Assembly (NCBI GenBank): GCA_022711115.1
Contig: JAKLFP010000001.1
Location: 325,183 to 389,182 of the forward strand
Reading direction: 5' to 3'
Origin: Candidatus Omnitrophota bacterium
Lineage (GTDB): Bacteria; Omnitrophota; Omnitrophia; Omnitrophales; Aquincolibacteriaceae
DNA: 64,000 nt
The notes under the pieces are model-generated. The model was not told where the DNA came from. It searched no databases and saw only the letters and a program-made list of their open reading frames with translations. Made by a program: the position numbers and the translations under genes. This document shows, one piece after another, positions 29,374-39,486 of this stretch. The first letter of the stretch is position 1; each line of letters begins with the position of its first letter.

Positions 29374-30900
29374 CTATTTAGGTTTTGAAAGGTTTTCCGA
29401 ACTCCAATTTGAAAGTACTTCCGCAAATAACCGGACTCCAAAACCGGTAGCTCCTTTGGGGCAATCAAATCGGTTTTGCGAACAATTTGCCATTCCGGCA
29501 ATATCCAAGTGCACCCAAGGTATCCCCGCAGGCACGAATTCTTTGAGGAACATCGTGGCGGTAATCGTTCCCGCATATCCGTCGCCGACATTCTGAAGAT
29601 CTGAGTGATGAGATTTGATACATTCGCCGTATTCATCCCAAAGGGGAAGTTGCCAGCAGCGTTCGCCTACTTTTTCACCGGCATCACGGATGGTATCGAT
29701 AAGCTTTTGATCTGTTCCGAGGATCCCGCAGGTTTTATCGCCAAAGGTATGATGGCACATCCCGGTAAGAGTGGCCAGGTCGATGATCGCATCCGGTTTA
29801 AATTCTTCACAGTAAGACAAGGCATCCGCAAGAATCAAACGACCTTCCGCATCCGTGTTCATCACCTCAACGGTTTTACCATTATACATTTTGATAATGT
29901 CGCCGGGTCGTTGCGGGTCATTCGCAACATTGTTTTCAACGGTGGGCGCCAAACCGACGATATGGAGCGGCAGCTTCAAATCAGACACAAGGGCCATGGT
30001 CGCCACAACCGTGATCGCACCGGATTTATCGTATTTCATCTCTTCCATGCTTTTGGAGGGTTTTATGGAAATGCCCCCCGTATCGAACGTCACGCCTTTC
30101 CCCACAATGCAGACGGTTCCGTTTTTGGCATAATGCTCACCGTATTCCAAAATGATCAACGCCGGCGGCGTTACGCTCCCTCGGTTAACCGCAAGAATAC
30201 CGTTCATACCCTTTTTTTTGAGCTCTTCCAAGCCAAAGATCTGACATTTGAGATTTTTGTCTTTCGCAAGTTTTTTGGCTTCTTCCGCAAGTTTCGGGGC
30301 ATTCATCATATTTCCCGGTTCATTATTTAGATCCCTCGCAAAAAGAACCGCCTTCGCTATTTTTTCAGAATGAACGATCAAAGAGCGCAAACCTTGAAGC
30401 TCCTCTTTTTTTTCAAGCACAAGCTCGACAGATTCAGGCGCTTTCGGAGGATCATCCTTTTTCTTGGTTTTGTACTTGTTGAAACGGTAAGTGGCAAGCA
30501 GGGAGGTTTCTGTAAAAATGACCGCCGCTTGCGCCGCAGAAATCCCTTCAGCCAAAAATGAGTCTAAAAGGACGCGAACCTTCAAGGCCTTTCGGCTGTT
30601 CGCGAGTCCGGCTAAAACGCCTGCCGTTTTCCTCAGAGAAGCAACTTTAAAGTCCTTTTTTTCACCAAGCCCCACAAGCATAACTTCCGGCGCCTGCCGA
30701 TAGGTTGTTTGAAAAGAGGTCAGAACTTCGTTTGTCTTTCCTTCGAATCGTTTTTTGGAAACAGCTTCTGCCGCAACTTTATAAAAAGCCGGTTCGGTCT
30801 TTTTGATTGTTTTAAAATCTTTGTCACCTTTAAAACAACCCACCACAAAAAGATCTGCTTTGGGTGCTGAACGTGAAAGCAATGTGGATGAAATTTTCAT
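29374..30900 (-). CDS. pepA: leucyl aminopeptidase (M17 family)
   Basis: 508 aa. NTDAEGRL catalytic motif. Confidence 0.85.
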   Translation of the reverse strand: MKISSTLLSRSAPKADLFVVGCFKGDKDFKTIKKTEPAFYKVAAEAVSKKRFEGKTNEVLTSFQTTYRQAPEVMLVGLGEKKDFKVASLRKTAGVLAGLANSRKALKVRVLLDSFLAEGISAAQAAVIFTETSLLATYRFNKYKTKKKDDPPKAPESVELVLEKKEELQGLRSLIVHSEKIAKAVLFARDLNNEPGNMMNAPKLAEEAKKLAKDKNLKCQIFGLEELKKKGMNGILAVNRGSVTPPALIILEYGEHYAKNGTVCIVGKGVTFDTGGISIKPSKSMEEMKYDKSGAITVVATMALVSDLKLPLHIVGLAPTVENNVANDPQRPGDIIKMYNGKTVEVMNTDAEGRLILADALSYCEEFKPDAIIDLATLTGMCHHTFGDKTCGILGTDQKLIDTIRDAGEKVGERCWQLPLWDEYGECIKSHHSDLQNVGDGYAGTITATMFLKEFVPAGIPWVHLDIAGMANCSQNRFDCPKGATGFGVRLFAEVLSNWSSENLSKPK

Positions 30901-30931
30901 GAATACCTCCTCAGAATTATTTTATAAAAGT

Positions 30932-31285
30932 TTAAGATGGCTTGAAGAAAAACAGTTTTATTGCGATCACCACTAAGTAGACGGCAAAAAGGCGCTGAAG
31001 CATTATCGCGTCGAGTTTTAAAGAAAGTTTTGTTCCAATCCAGACCCCCAGAATGCTGAATAGGCCCAAAATAATAGCTGCTTTCCAATCCACCATTCCG
31101 GCTCTTCCATGAAAAAAAGCTCCGGCGAGCGCTGTAAAGATGATGATCAAAAGCGAGGTACCGATCGCATGATGCGAGTCAAACCCCTTCAGCAGCATCA
31201 AGAGCGGCACAAAGATAGTCCCGCCCCCTATACCGAAAAGTCCTCCCAGAAAACCTCCTAACAACCCTACAAGCGCGATGCCCAT
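30932..31285 (-). CDS. TSUP (TauE/SafE, DUF81) family half-size membrane protein
   Basis: 117 aa, 4 TM helices. GGxxFVP and Gly-rich TSUP repeat unit. Only one of the usual two repeats. Confidence 0.5.
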   Translation of the reverse strand: MGIALVGLLGGFLGGLFGIGGGTIFVPLLMLLKGFDSHHAIGTSLLIIIFTALAGAFFHGRAGMVDWKAAIILGLFSILGVWIGTKLSLKLDAIMLQRLFAVYLVVIAIKLFFFKPS

Positions 31286-31295
31286 TTTCTTCCCC

Positions 31296-31718
31296 TTAAT
31301 GCCCGGCCTTGTTCAGCGCCATATTTACAAGTTTATCCACATATTTGATTTTCGCGTGTTCTCGCGGGACATGAAAATAAGTGACACGCTTAAATTGCTT
31401 CTCTTTGGCTTTCACTTCCGCAAAAAGTGGCTTGAGATGTTCGGCCTTGAGTTTGTAGATGCCGGAAAGCTGTCTGGCAACAAGTTCGCTGTCCAAAAAA
31501 TAATCTGCCTCTTCAATGCCAAATTCCGAAGCCAGCGTTAACCCCCGGATCACAGCGGTATATTCAGCGACATTGTTGGTTGCCTCACCAATCATCTCTC
31601 CGTGATCGCTGATTTTTTCGTCTTTCTCGTCGCAGATCAGAACACCGATCGCTGCGGGTCCCGGGTTTCCGCGAGCACCGCCGTCAGAATAAATCTTGGC
31701 TTTTTTAAGAGGCTTCAT
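31296..31718 (-). CDS. rnhA: ribonuclease H (RNase HI-like, 140 aa type)
   Basis: [13 protein letters not shown] ... NNVAEY motifs. Confidence 0.7.
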   Translation of the reverse strand: MKPLKKAKIYSDGGARGNPGPAAIGVLICDEKDEKISDHGEMIGEATNNVAEYTAVIRGLTLASEFGIEEADYFLDSELVARQLSGIYKLKAEHLKPLFAEVKAKEKQFKRVTYFHVPREHAKIKYVDKLVNMALNKAGH

Positions 31719-32407
31719 TTTTTCTCGTCATCAGCAGAACGTTTGAAATTTTGCCCCTTATGATAGGCCTCGAGTTGTTCCAGTTCTTTTTGGAGGGTAC
31801 GAACGCGATTCTTTAGTTCTTTTACAGGATCGGGCAGATCGCCATGTTCAAGGTCAACTTCCGTAACTCTTTTACCGTCGATCCGCACGATTTCTGCTGG
31901 CACACCGACTACGGTGCAATCATCCGGAACGGGATGAATGACTACCGAGCCGCCACCGATTTTTACATGATTGCCAATTTTGATATTGCCAAGCACCTTC
32001 GCACCGACACCAACGACCACATGATTTCCAAGCGTCGGGTGTCTTTTGCCACGTTCTTTCCCGGTCCCGCCGAGTGTCACGCCTTGATAGATTGTCACAT
32101 TTTCGCCAATTTCCGTGGTTTCTCCGATGACCACACCCATCCCATGATCAATGAAAAAACCTGGAGCAATGCGAGCTCCTGGATGGATCTCAACACCGGT
32201 CAAAAATCTGGCAAACTGTGAAATAAACCGGGGAATAAACGGTATTCTCAGAACATATAAAACATGGGCCAATCGGTAAAACAACACGGCATGAAATCCG
32301 GAATAAAGCAGTATGACCTCCAGAACTCCAAGCGGTGTCCTGGCCGCCGGATCACGTTCAAAGCATGCCTTAAAGTCTCGATAAATAGCGTAAAAGGGGT
32401 TGGTCAT
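31715..32407 (-). CDS. cysE: serine O-acetyltransferase
   Basis: 230 aa. Hexapeptide repeats with [28 protein letters not shown]. Coiled-coil C-terminal extension. Confidence 0.8.
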   Translation of the reverse strand: MTNPFYAIYRDFKACFERDPAARTPLGVLEVILLYSGFHAVLFYRLAHVLYVLRIPFIPRFISQFARFLTGVEIHPGARIAPGFFIDHGMGVVIGETTEIGENVTIYQGVTLGGTGKERGKRHPTLGNHVVVGVGAKVLGNIKIGNHVKIGGGSVVIHPVPDDCTVVGVPAEIVRIDGKRVTEVDLEHGDLPDPVKELKNRVRTLQKELEQLEAYHKGQNFKRSADDEKK

Positions 32408-32459
32408 GGAGAGTATTATTTCATTTTATCGAGGAAAGTCAATCGAAGGTACGGAAAAC

Positions 32460-33554
32460 CTAAACACTAAAGCGGAAAAGCATAACATCGCCGTCTTGTG
32501 TTTCGTATTCCTTGCCTTCAATGCGAAGTAGGCCTTTTTCTTTAACAGCCGCTTGGGAGCCGTATTTCAGGAGGTCTGCACATCGCATCACCTCAGCACG
32601 GATAAATCCCCGCTCAAAATCAGAATGGATCACGCCTGCGGCCTGAGGTGCCTTGCTCCCCTTTCGGACGGTCCATGCGCGAACTTCTTTTTCCCCAGCC
32701 GTAAAATAAGTGATGAGATCAAGAGCTTTGTAACCCGCATGGATCAGAGCATTGAGACCGGGTTCCTCAAGGCCGAGCTCTTTGAGAAATACTTGTTGGT
32801 CTTCCTCAGAGAGATCGATCAGTTCCGACTCAACTTTACCAGAAATCACTACTGTCTGAGAATTTTCCGCTATAGCACGTTTTTTAACAACCTCTACCCA
32901 CGGCCCGCCAGTCGGAAGATCTTTTTCCGCCACATTCGCGCAATAGAGCACGGTCTTAAGCGTGATAAACGCCATATCCTTTACCAACTTTTTTTCTTCT
33001 TCGTTCAGACCGATCCTTCGAAGCGGAGTTCCGGCTTCGAGTGCTTTTTTGGCTTTTTCGTAAACCGGCATTTTTTCTTTAGCATCTTTGTCGCCCGTGC
33101 GTGCGAGTTTTTCGGTCTTTTCATACCGCGCATTGATCGTATCAAGATCTTTGAGACATAATTCTGTATCAATCACATCCATATCACGCTCCGGATCAAT
33201 CCCTCCTGAGACATGAACAATATTCGGATCTTCAAAACAACGGACAACATGGAGAATGGCTTCGACTTCTTTAATGTGCCCGAGAAACTGATTACCAAGA
33301 CCTTCTCCCTTGGAAGCACCTGCCACAAGTCCCGCGATGTCATAGAATTCGACAGTTGTGGGGGTGGTTTTTTGAGGTTTATAAAGTTTACTTAGTTCCC
33401 AGAGACGAGGGTCTGGCACGGGCACCATGCCAACATTGGGTTCGATGGTGCAAAAAGGATAATTCGATGCCGCAGCATGCGCCTTGGCAATCGCATTAAA
33501 AATAGTGGATTTCCCGACGTTGGGAAGCCCGACAATGCCGCACTTGAAACCCAT
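32460..33554 (-). CDS. ychF: ribosome-binding ATPase YchF (Obg family)
   Basis: Start set at MGFKCGIVGLPNVGKST. TGS domain at the C-terminus. Confidence 0.85.
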   Translation of the reverse strand: MGFKCGIVGLPNVGKSTIFNAIAKAHAAASNYPFCTIEPNVGMVPVPDPRLWELSKLYKPQKTTPTTVEFYDIAGLVAGASKGEGLGNQFLGHIKEVEAILHVVRCFEDPNIVHVSGGIDPERDMDVIDTELCLKDLDTINARYEKTEKLARTGDKDAKEKMPVYEKAKKALEAGTPLRRIGLNEEEKKLVKDMAFITLKTVLYCANVAEKDLPTGGPWVEVVKKRAIAENSQTVVISGKVESELIDLSEEDQQVFLKELGLEEPGLNALIHAGYKALDLITYFTAGEKEVRAWTVRKGSKAPQAAGVIHSDFERGFIRAEVMRCADLLKYGSQAAVKEKGLLRIEGKEYETQDGDVMLFRFSV

Positions 33555-33797
33555 AATTCCTAACACTCCTTCCATTTTGTAAAAACTAAAAAGTATTGGG
33601 ACTATATCAAAAAAGCAGCGTATCTACAATCTCAACGTGTTTTCAGCAAATCATTCATAAAGGTTTTAGACGTCAATTTTCCATTTTATAAATGTTTAAA
33701 GCAGGTAAAACTTGCTTTTTCGAATCCTTTTTGTAGAGAGAATTATAAAAAAAAAGCATAGCACTATTGACAAATTTAAATAATATGAATATATTTT

Positions 33798-35549
33798 ATG
33801 ATGAATATGAATATTTTAACATTTTCTTTCTCTTCGAAAAAGTTTAAACGCCTTGCGGCGTGCCTCATGCTTCTTTCGCTCCTTCTGCTTGCTACTCACC
33901 AATATCCGGCTTCAGCAGAATGGCAGAAGCCCATTCAGCCTTCCATAGCCGGAGGGGCGCTGACATGTCTGACTCTTCATCCTTTGGAACAATCAAAATT
34001 TCTTGTTGCATCCAAAAGCCAGATTTTCGAAAGCAGCAAAGAAAATGCCTGGCTGTTACTCTGGTCGGCTGCTGATCCTCGAACTCCGATCCAGAAATTA
34101 GTCACATTCCCCATTTTGCCGGAGCAGGTTTTTGTCCTTACTTCCAACGCGCTTTTTATGGGAAATTTAAAGGACCGTTCCTGGCAAATGGTCTACAAAG
34201 ACACAAATAAGATCCTTTTATCGTTTGCTGTCCACCCACAAAATCCGAATCACTGGTTTCTAGGGACGCAAAAAGGACTCTGGGAAAGTGAAAATGCCGG
34301 GAAGACATGGTACCACTCTCAGGTTTTTTCACGATCCGTTTCTGTCCCTCTTTTATTTTTTGACCGAAACCGCTTATTTCTTGCGGATGATAGTTCTCTT
34401 TATCTTGCTTTCGCTGAAAATAAAGAGAACGCCACGGAGAAAGCGGGATCTGTCAGTTTTCCTCAGGCTCGTATTATTTTTAGCATACCGAAAAAGGAAC
34501 TTGACGCTCTTTCGCAAGACTCATCCCAAAATGATGATAATGCTGATGAGATGTCGCTTTACCCGCTCAAGATCCGGCATATAATCCGAGCGAAGCCAGG
34601 ACAATCTCTTTTCCTGGCAACTCAGGAAGGCGTTTTTGAAAGTTTAGACGAGGGCTATCATTGGTTACCGCTTTCTCAAAGCGGTCTCCAGAGTTTGTTC
34701 ATTTATGAGCTCGCCTATTCCGAAAAAGAGCAAAAGCTTTTCGCCGCTACAGACAAGGGAGTTTACGCCTACGAAACAAAAAAGCATTGCTGGCAAAAAC
34801 TTTCCGAGGGCCTTGCCAAAGATAAAACACGGAGTATCGCTGTTTTAAATGAAAATGAACTAATTGCGATCACGGCGGAAGGATTTGTCCAGCATCCCCT
34901 CGAAGGATTCCGTCCAGAAGTCGGCCCCGGGGTTTTGATTTATCAGCCTTCCCCCAAGATTCTTTTTTTGTTTAAAAGGCTGATTGAGCTTGAACCCAAT
35001 GCGCGCGAACTGCATAAAAAAGTCATTCGCTATGCCAATGTTTCGAACGGAAAAATCAAACGCTGGCATATGACCTCCAGACTCGCCGGTCTCGTTCCAA
35101 CCGTTTCCTACGGCCGTGATTTTTCTTCGGCAAATAATATCGATCTTGACCGTGGTGGGACCAATGATGCAGACCGTTTTATCAGTGGCCCCAATGATAC
35201 CAATTCAGGCTGGGACGCTCGGGTCGCATGGAACTTGGGAGATGCGATCTATAGTTCCAACCAAACCTCGATCGACTCAAGAGAAAAAATGATGGTAGAG
35301 TTGCGCAACGATTTGCTCTCGGAGGCAACCCGAATTTATTATGAAAGAAGGCGGCTGCAAATAGGTCTTATCTTCAACCCATCAACTTCGGAACAGGATC
35401 ACTTAGAAAACCTCTTGCGCTTGGATGAATTGACGGCATTGCTGGACTCACTCACAAATGGCTTTTTTACCGAACGTCTGGAGCGGATTTATGATGAACA
35501 TCCGGAGCTGAATACGCTGTGGATCTTTCAACAAAATAAGGAGAAATAA
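33798..35549 (+). CDS. secreted BNR/Ycf48-like beta-propeller repeat protein with coiled-coil C-terminal region
   Basis: 583 aa. Signal peptide. Several S-x-D/E-x-G-x-T/H-W BNR-type motifs (SENAGKTW, SLDEGYHW). Confidence 0.5.
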   Translation: MMNMNILTFSFSSKKFKRLAACLMLLSLLLLATHQYPASAEWQKPIQPSIAGGALTCLTLHPLEQSKFLVASKSQIFESSKENAWLLLWSAADPRTPIQKLVTFPILPEQVFVLTSNALFMGNLKDRSWQMVYKDTNKILLSFAVHPQNPNHWFLGTQKGLWESENAGKTWYHSQVFSRSVSVPLLFFDRNRLFLADDSSLYLAFAENKENATEKAGSVSFPQARIIFSIPKKELDALSQDSSQNDDNADEMSLYPLKIRHIIRAKPGQSLFLATQEGVFESLDEGYHWLPLSQSGLQSLFIYELAYSEKEQKLFAATDKGVYAYETKKHCWQKLSEGLAKDKTRSIAVLNENELIAITAEGFVQHPLEGFRPEVGPGVLIYQPSPKILFLFKRLIELEPNARELHKKVIRYANVSNGKIKRWHMTSRLAGLVPTVSYGRDFSSANNIDLDRGGTNDADRFISGPNDTNSGWDARVAWNLGDAIYSSNQTSIDSREKMMVELRNDLLSEATRIYYERRRLQIGLIFNPSTSEQDHLENLLRLDELTALLDSLTNGFFTERLERIYDEHPELNTLWIFQQNKEK

Positions 35550-35550
35550 A

Positions 35551-36048
35551 ATGAACGAGCAACGTTTTCGGACTACGGACCACAAACCAAAAAACCACAC
35601 GCCACAAAGCCACAAGAAAAATTTTAATGAAGATAGTTTTTGGGAGCAAAAAAGAAGTCCTGTTACGCAGAATTCGGAAACGAAAACATCTTATGAAAAA
35701 GGCTATAAAAAGCTCATCGCTTGGCAAAAGGCTGATGAACTGGCTTTTCAAATTTATAAAGCCACGGATTCGTTTCCTCGAGATGAAATTTACGGGGTTC
35801 GTTCTCAGTTACGTCGGGCGGCTTTGTCGGTACCCACGAATCTCGTCGAAGGAAATGGGCGGCAAAACCGAAGGGAATTCAAGCAATATGTCAACATTGC
35901 CCTTGGATCACTTTCTGAAGTCGAATATTTACTCGATTTTTCCCTAAGACTGGGGTATTTCGATGAGGGGCTGTATGAAAATCTTGCAGATATAAGAAAT
36001 CATTTGGGCGGCTTGCTCTGGAATTTGTATAAAAGCATTTCGGATTAA
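35551..36048 (+). CDS. four-helix-bundle protein (23S rRNA intervening-sequence protein family) with ~50 aa basic N-terminal extension
   Basis: YKKLIAWQKADELAFQIYKATDSFPRDEIYGVRSQLRRAALSVPTNLVEGNGR matches the family signature. Starts 2 nt after the BNR gene stop. Confidence 0.6.
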   Translation: MNEQRFRTTDHKPKNHTPQSHKKNFNEDSFWEQKRSPVTQNSETKTSYEKGYKKLIAWQKADELAFQIYKATDSFPRDEIYGVRSQLRRAALSVPTNLVEGNGRQNRREFKQYVNIALGSLSEVEYLLDFSLRLGYFDEGLYENLADIRNHLGGLLWNLYKSISD

Positions 36049-36182
36049 ATCAGATCTTGTGGCGTGTGACCTGTATCTTTGTGACCTATGTCGCTTTCCG
36101 ACATTCAAAACAAAGAGCAAGGATCGAGTCCCTTAAAATATTAACGGGTTGTTTCGTTGATCGTTGTCCGTTGCGCGTTGTG

Positions 36183-37217
36183 CTATCGCCTGGTCACTCT
36201 GTCCAAGCGAAGTTGACCGCAGGCCCCCTCGACTTCTTGTCCCGCCGTCTTTCTGAATGTGGACCGAACCTTTTCTTTTTCCAGAATACTCCGAAAATGT
36301 TTCATCTTTTCTTCGGAGGGGGCTTTCCAGGTAATCTCCCGAATCGGGTTGTAAGGAATGAGGTTAATCTTGGCTTGGAGCGGTCTTGCGATCTTGGCCA
36401 CCGCTTTTGCATCTTCTTCGGAATCATTCATACCGTCGATCAGGGTGTATTCAAACGTAATATCGCGTTTCAGATCCTCATGGATTTTATAAAGCGTTGC
36501 GAGAAGTGCTTTAAGCGGGTATTTCCGGTTATAGGGAATCAACCGGCTCCGCGTTTCATCGAACGGAGAATGAAGCGAAACCGAAAGACGAATCCGGCCG
36601 TCGGTGCGTTTGACGAATTCGTAGATTTTTTCCGGAACACCGGAGGTTGAGACTGTGATCTTTCGGCCTCCCATTTCAAATCCCCATGGGGCGGTCAGGA
36701 TTTCCAACGCTTTCATCACCTCATCAAAATTATCCAAAGGTTCGCCCATCCCCATAAAGACAACATTTGTGATTTGGCAATGGCTTTTCCTGACGATCCA
36801 GGCAATCTGTTCGATTATTTCCCCTGCGGTTAGATTGCGAAAAAATCCGCTCTTGCCGCTCGCACAAAAAGGACATCGGACCCTGCACCCAAGCTGGGTG
36901 GATACACATACGGTTTTGCGATCTCCTTGGCGGATAAGAACGCTTTCGAGAAAATGGCCGTCATGGGTCTTGAAGAGATATTTAGTAGTTGGGTTTTTGG
37001 CATTTTCATATTCTTCGGCGAGTTCGAGGCTGGCCAAAAAATATTTTTCAGCCAGTTTATCGCGAAGATCTTTCGGGATATTTTTTAATTCGTCCCATGA
37101 GCGGACATGGACCCGGTACAACCACCGCAGCAATTGTGCGGCACGATACTTCGGAGCCTCAAGAGACTCCATGATTCCTTCTGCCTCTTTCAGGTTCAGG
37201 CTATAGAGAGATTTCAT
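36183..37217 (-). CDS. rlmN: dual-specificity RNA methyltransferase RlmN (radical SAM)
   Basis: 344 aa. GCRVRCPFCASG radical-SAM cysteine cluster. FMGMGEPLDN. Confidence 0.85.
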   Translation of the reverse strand: MKSLYSLNLKEAEGIMESLEAPKYRAAQLLRWLYRVHVRSWDELKNIPKDLRDKLAEKYFLASLELAEEYENAKNPTTKYLFKTHDGHFLESVLIRQGDRKTVCVSTQLGCRVRCPFCASGKSGFFRNLTAGEIIEQIAWIVRKSHCQITNVVFMGMGEPLDNFDEVMKALEILTAPWGFEMGGRKITVSTSGVPEKIYEFVKRTDGRIRLSVSLHSPFDETRSRLIPYNRKYPLKALLATLYKIHEDLKRDITFEYTLIDGMNDSEEDAKAVAKIARPLQAKINLIPYNPIREITWKAPSEEKMKHFRSILEKEKVRSTFRKTAGQEVEGACGQLRLDRVTRR

Positions 37218-37274
37218 GCAAAGACAAACGGAGCTTTTGATCGTAAAAAAGAGACGCGAGCTGCTCAGCTGCGG

Positions 37275-38252
37275 CTAAATCCATTTTTTGATTTTCATCC
37301 AAACCAAAAGAGCGACCGTAGTGAAAAACATGAGTCCAATCGAAAAAACATACCCGTGCTCCCACTGTAATTCCGGCATGTGCTTGAAATTCATGCCGTA
37401 AAGGCTCGCGATAATCATGGCCGGCATCGCAATCGTAGCAAGAACGGTCAAACGTTTCATAACTTCATTGAGTTTGGTGGACGCATAAGAAAAATAAACC
37501 TGTAAAATACTGTTCAAAGTATCATGATAGCTTTCCGCCATGCTGCTGATGCGAAAGAGGTGATCATAAACATCGCGGAAATACATGAGATTTTTTGTTT
37601 TAATCAGAGGCGATGGATTCCTTGTCAGATAGTACAACGTGTCGCGTTGAGGGTTGATAATGCGCCGCAGCATGAAGATATCCTGTTTTACTTGAAGCAA
37701 GGTTTGAAGATAGTTCGAAGACCCATTCTTGAACATGTGTTTTTCCAGCTCATCGATCTTGATATCATAATCATGAATCACCGGCAAATAACCGTCTACG
37801 AGATGGTCTAGAACGGAGTGAGCGAGAAGATCGGCGGTTCCTCCCATAAGCGTCTGCGTTTTTTTGAGAACGGCATCCTGAACCTGCGTCACCCCGGCAA
37901 TGGGATCTTTGTGAAAGGTAACGACATAATTGGGCCCCACAAAGATATTAAGCTCAAGAGTTCCGAGTTCTTTCTGTTTCCCCTTTTCAAACATTTTCAA
38001 CCCGTGCACCACAAGAAAGAGATATTCCCCATAGTCATCAATCTTGGGTTGAGACTGGTCGTTGATACAATCCTCGACTGCCAAGGGATGAAAATTAAAT
38101 ATCTCGACTAGTGTGTCGCTTTCAAATTCCGTGGGATTCTCAAAATCGACCCATAAGAGACCGGTTTTATCCCCAAGGACTGAGAACATGCGTTCTCGTG
38201 AAATGTTTGTTTCGAGTTCGGTCCCTTTTTTATAAAAGAAATTTTTAATCAT
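37275..38252 (-). CDS. corA: magnesium/cobalt transporter CorA
   Basis: 325 aa. Two C-terminal TM helices with the YGMNF signature. Confidence 0.8.
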   Translation of the reverse strand: MIKNFFYKKGTELETNISRERMFSVLGDKTGLLWVDFENPTEFESDTLVEIFNFHPLAVEDCINDQSQPKIDDYGEYLFLVVHGLKMFEKGKQKELGTLELNIFVGPNYVVTFHKDPIAGVTQVQDAVLKKTQTLMGGTADLLAHSVLDHLVDGYLPVIHDYDIKIDELEKHMFKNGSSNYLQTLLQVKQDIFMLRRIINPQRDTLYYLTRNPSPLIKTKNLMYFRDVYDHLFRISSMAESYHDTLNSILQVYFSYASTKLNEVMKRLTVLATIAMPAMIIASLYGMNFKHMPELQWEHGYVFSIGLMFFTTVALLVWMKIKKWI

Positions 38253-38392
38253 GATTGCCCGGCGCTCCTTCTTGTCAAATATTTAAAGGATTCTATCACT
38301 GCTTTGTATGAACAATCAAAGTCTTTAAGAATGAATTTTGTTTTTCTTCCCGCATGATTACCTTATAATCTTTTATCGACTAGGGAGGCGGA

Positions 38393-38779
38393 ATGCCTAA
38401 AAAAATTCTAATCATCGATGATGAGCCGGAAATTTGCTCCATGGTGACCGAGTTTCTCATTGACGCGGGATATGCCGCTTTTTATGCGCTCAACGGGCCC
38501 GAAGGACTTTCCATGATTGAAAAAAATCTTCCGGATCTACTTCTTTTGGATATCGGTATGCCGGGCATGGATGGCCTGGAGTTGATGCGCGAAGTCCATG
38601 AAAAATACCCTTCCCTTTCCGTCATCGTTCTGACGGGTCACAAAGATACGGACACCGTCAAAAGAATGCTTGAATACGGCGTTTGTGAATATCTGACCAA
38701 ACCGATTAACCTCGAAACCCTGCTGGATCAGTTTGTCCGCGATATTATTGGACCTCCACAAGCATCGTCAAAAAAATAA
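38393..38779 (+). CDS. stand-alone response regulator receiver domain (CheY-like)
   Basis: 128 aa. DD...D phospho-acceptor context (ILIIDDEPE, LLLLDIGMPGMDG) and the conserved T/K (VLTGH, LTKP). GGGAGG ribosome-binding site. Possible TATAAT at 38364. Confidence 0.75.
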   Translation: MPKKILIIDDEPEICSMVTEFLIDAGYAAFYALNGPEGLSMIEKNLPDLLLLDIGMPGMDGLELMREVHEKYPSLSVIVLTGHKDTDTVKRMLEYGVCEYLTKPINLETLLDQFVRDIIGPPQASSKK

Positions 38780-38946
38780 TAGCCGGCCTCAGAACCGCTC
38801 CGGGCTTCTGCGGAGCTTCTAAAAATTATAATTATAATATTTTCTTCTAAAATATCCGGCGTGAAACTATCTTTTGTGGATTATTGAAAGGTTAGAAATT
38901 TTTTGGAAAATCCAAAAATGAAGGCGCTTTTACTGTTTGGATATTT

Positions 38947-39318
38947 TTACTTATTGTGATTTTTCACAAAATCACGAATGGCCAGACGGTCCGTTTCCTT
39001 GATCTTCAGAAATTCAACTCCGGAGCGATAGAGGTCTTTCTCAAGAAAGCCTGTATGCCGTACTTGTCCCTCAATGGAAATAAGAAGGTCCTTTTTGCCA
39101 GGCATAACAAAATCCATCTTGACTATGGTGTTCATTGGAATACCTTCCATAAAAGTGAGCAGCATCGCTCCACCTTCCGATATATCAGAGATCTGTGTCT
39201 GAACGCCGACTACGGCATTGCGAGCCTGACAAAAATAGCGGGTCACCGCATAAATACGCACCCGGACATATTTTCTTCGTTCATGCGCGCCTAAAGAAGT
39301 CAAAGGGCTTTTGGTCAT
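38947..39318 (-). CDS. PilZ domain protein (c-di-GMP binding)
   Basis: 123 aa. RRxxxR (HERRKYVRVR) and DxSxGG (DISEGG) motifs. Confidence 0.6.
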   Translation of the reverse strand: MTKSPLTSLGAHERRKYVRVRIYAVTRYFCQARNAVVGVQTQISDISEGGAMLLTFMEGIPMNTIVKMDFVMPGKKDLLISIEGQVRHTGFLEKDLYRSGVEFLKIKETDRLAIRDFVKNHNK

Positions 39319-39486
39319 GGTCGTTTTATTTGAAAAATTGAATTCACCTGGTTCTAATAGTTCGTCTTTTTTCTGCCAAGCTTTATGTCGTATTTTACTC
39401 TCTTTAACTTTTGAATTTCCGGCACCTCAAAAACAGATACTCTTCGAGATTCCTGGGCTCCGGTTTTTTTACCGGAAATCGTTGCT

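Noticed and set aside
29605-30330. 241 aa plus-strand ORF
   Set aside because: Antisense to the M17 leucyl aminopeptidase gene. Low-complexity, Arg/Phe-rich.
36057-37206. Plus-strand ORFs of 197 and 183 aa
   Set aside because: Antisense to rlmN, whose radical-SAM motifs are unambiguous on the minus strand.
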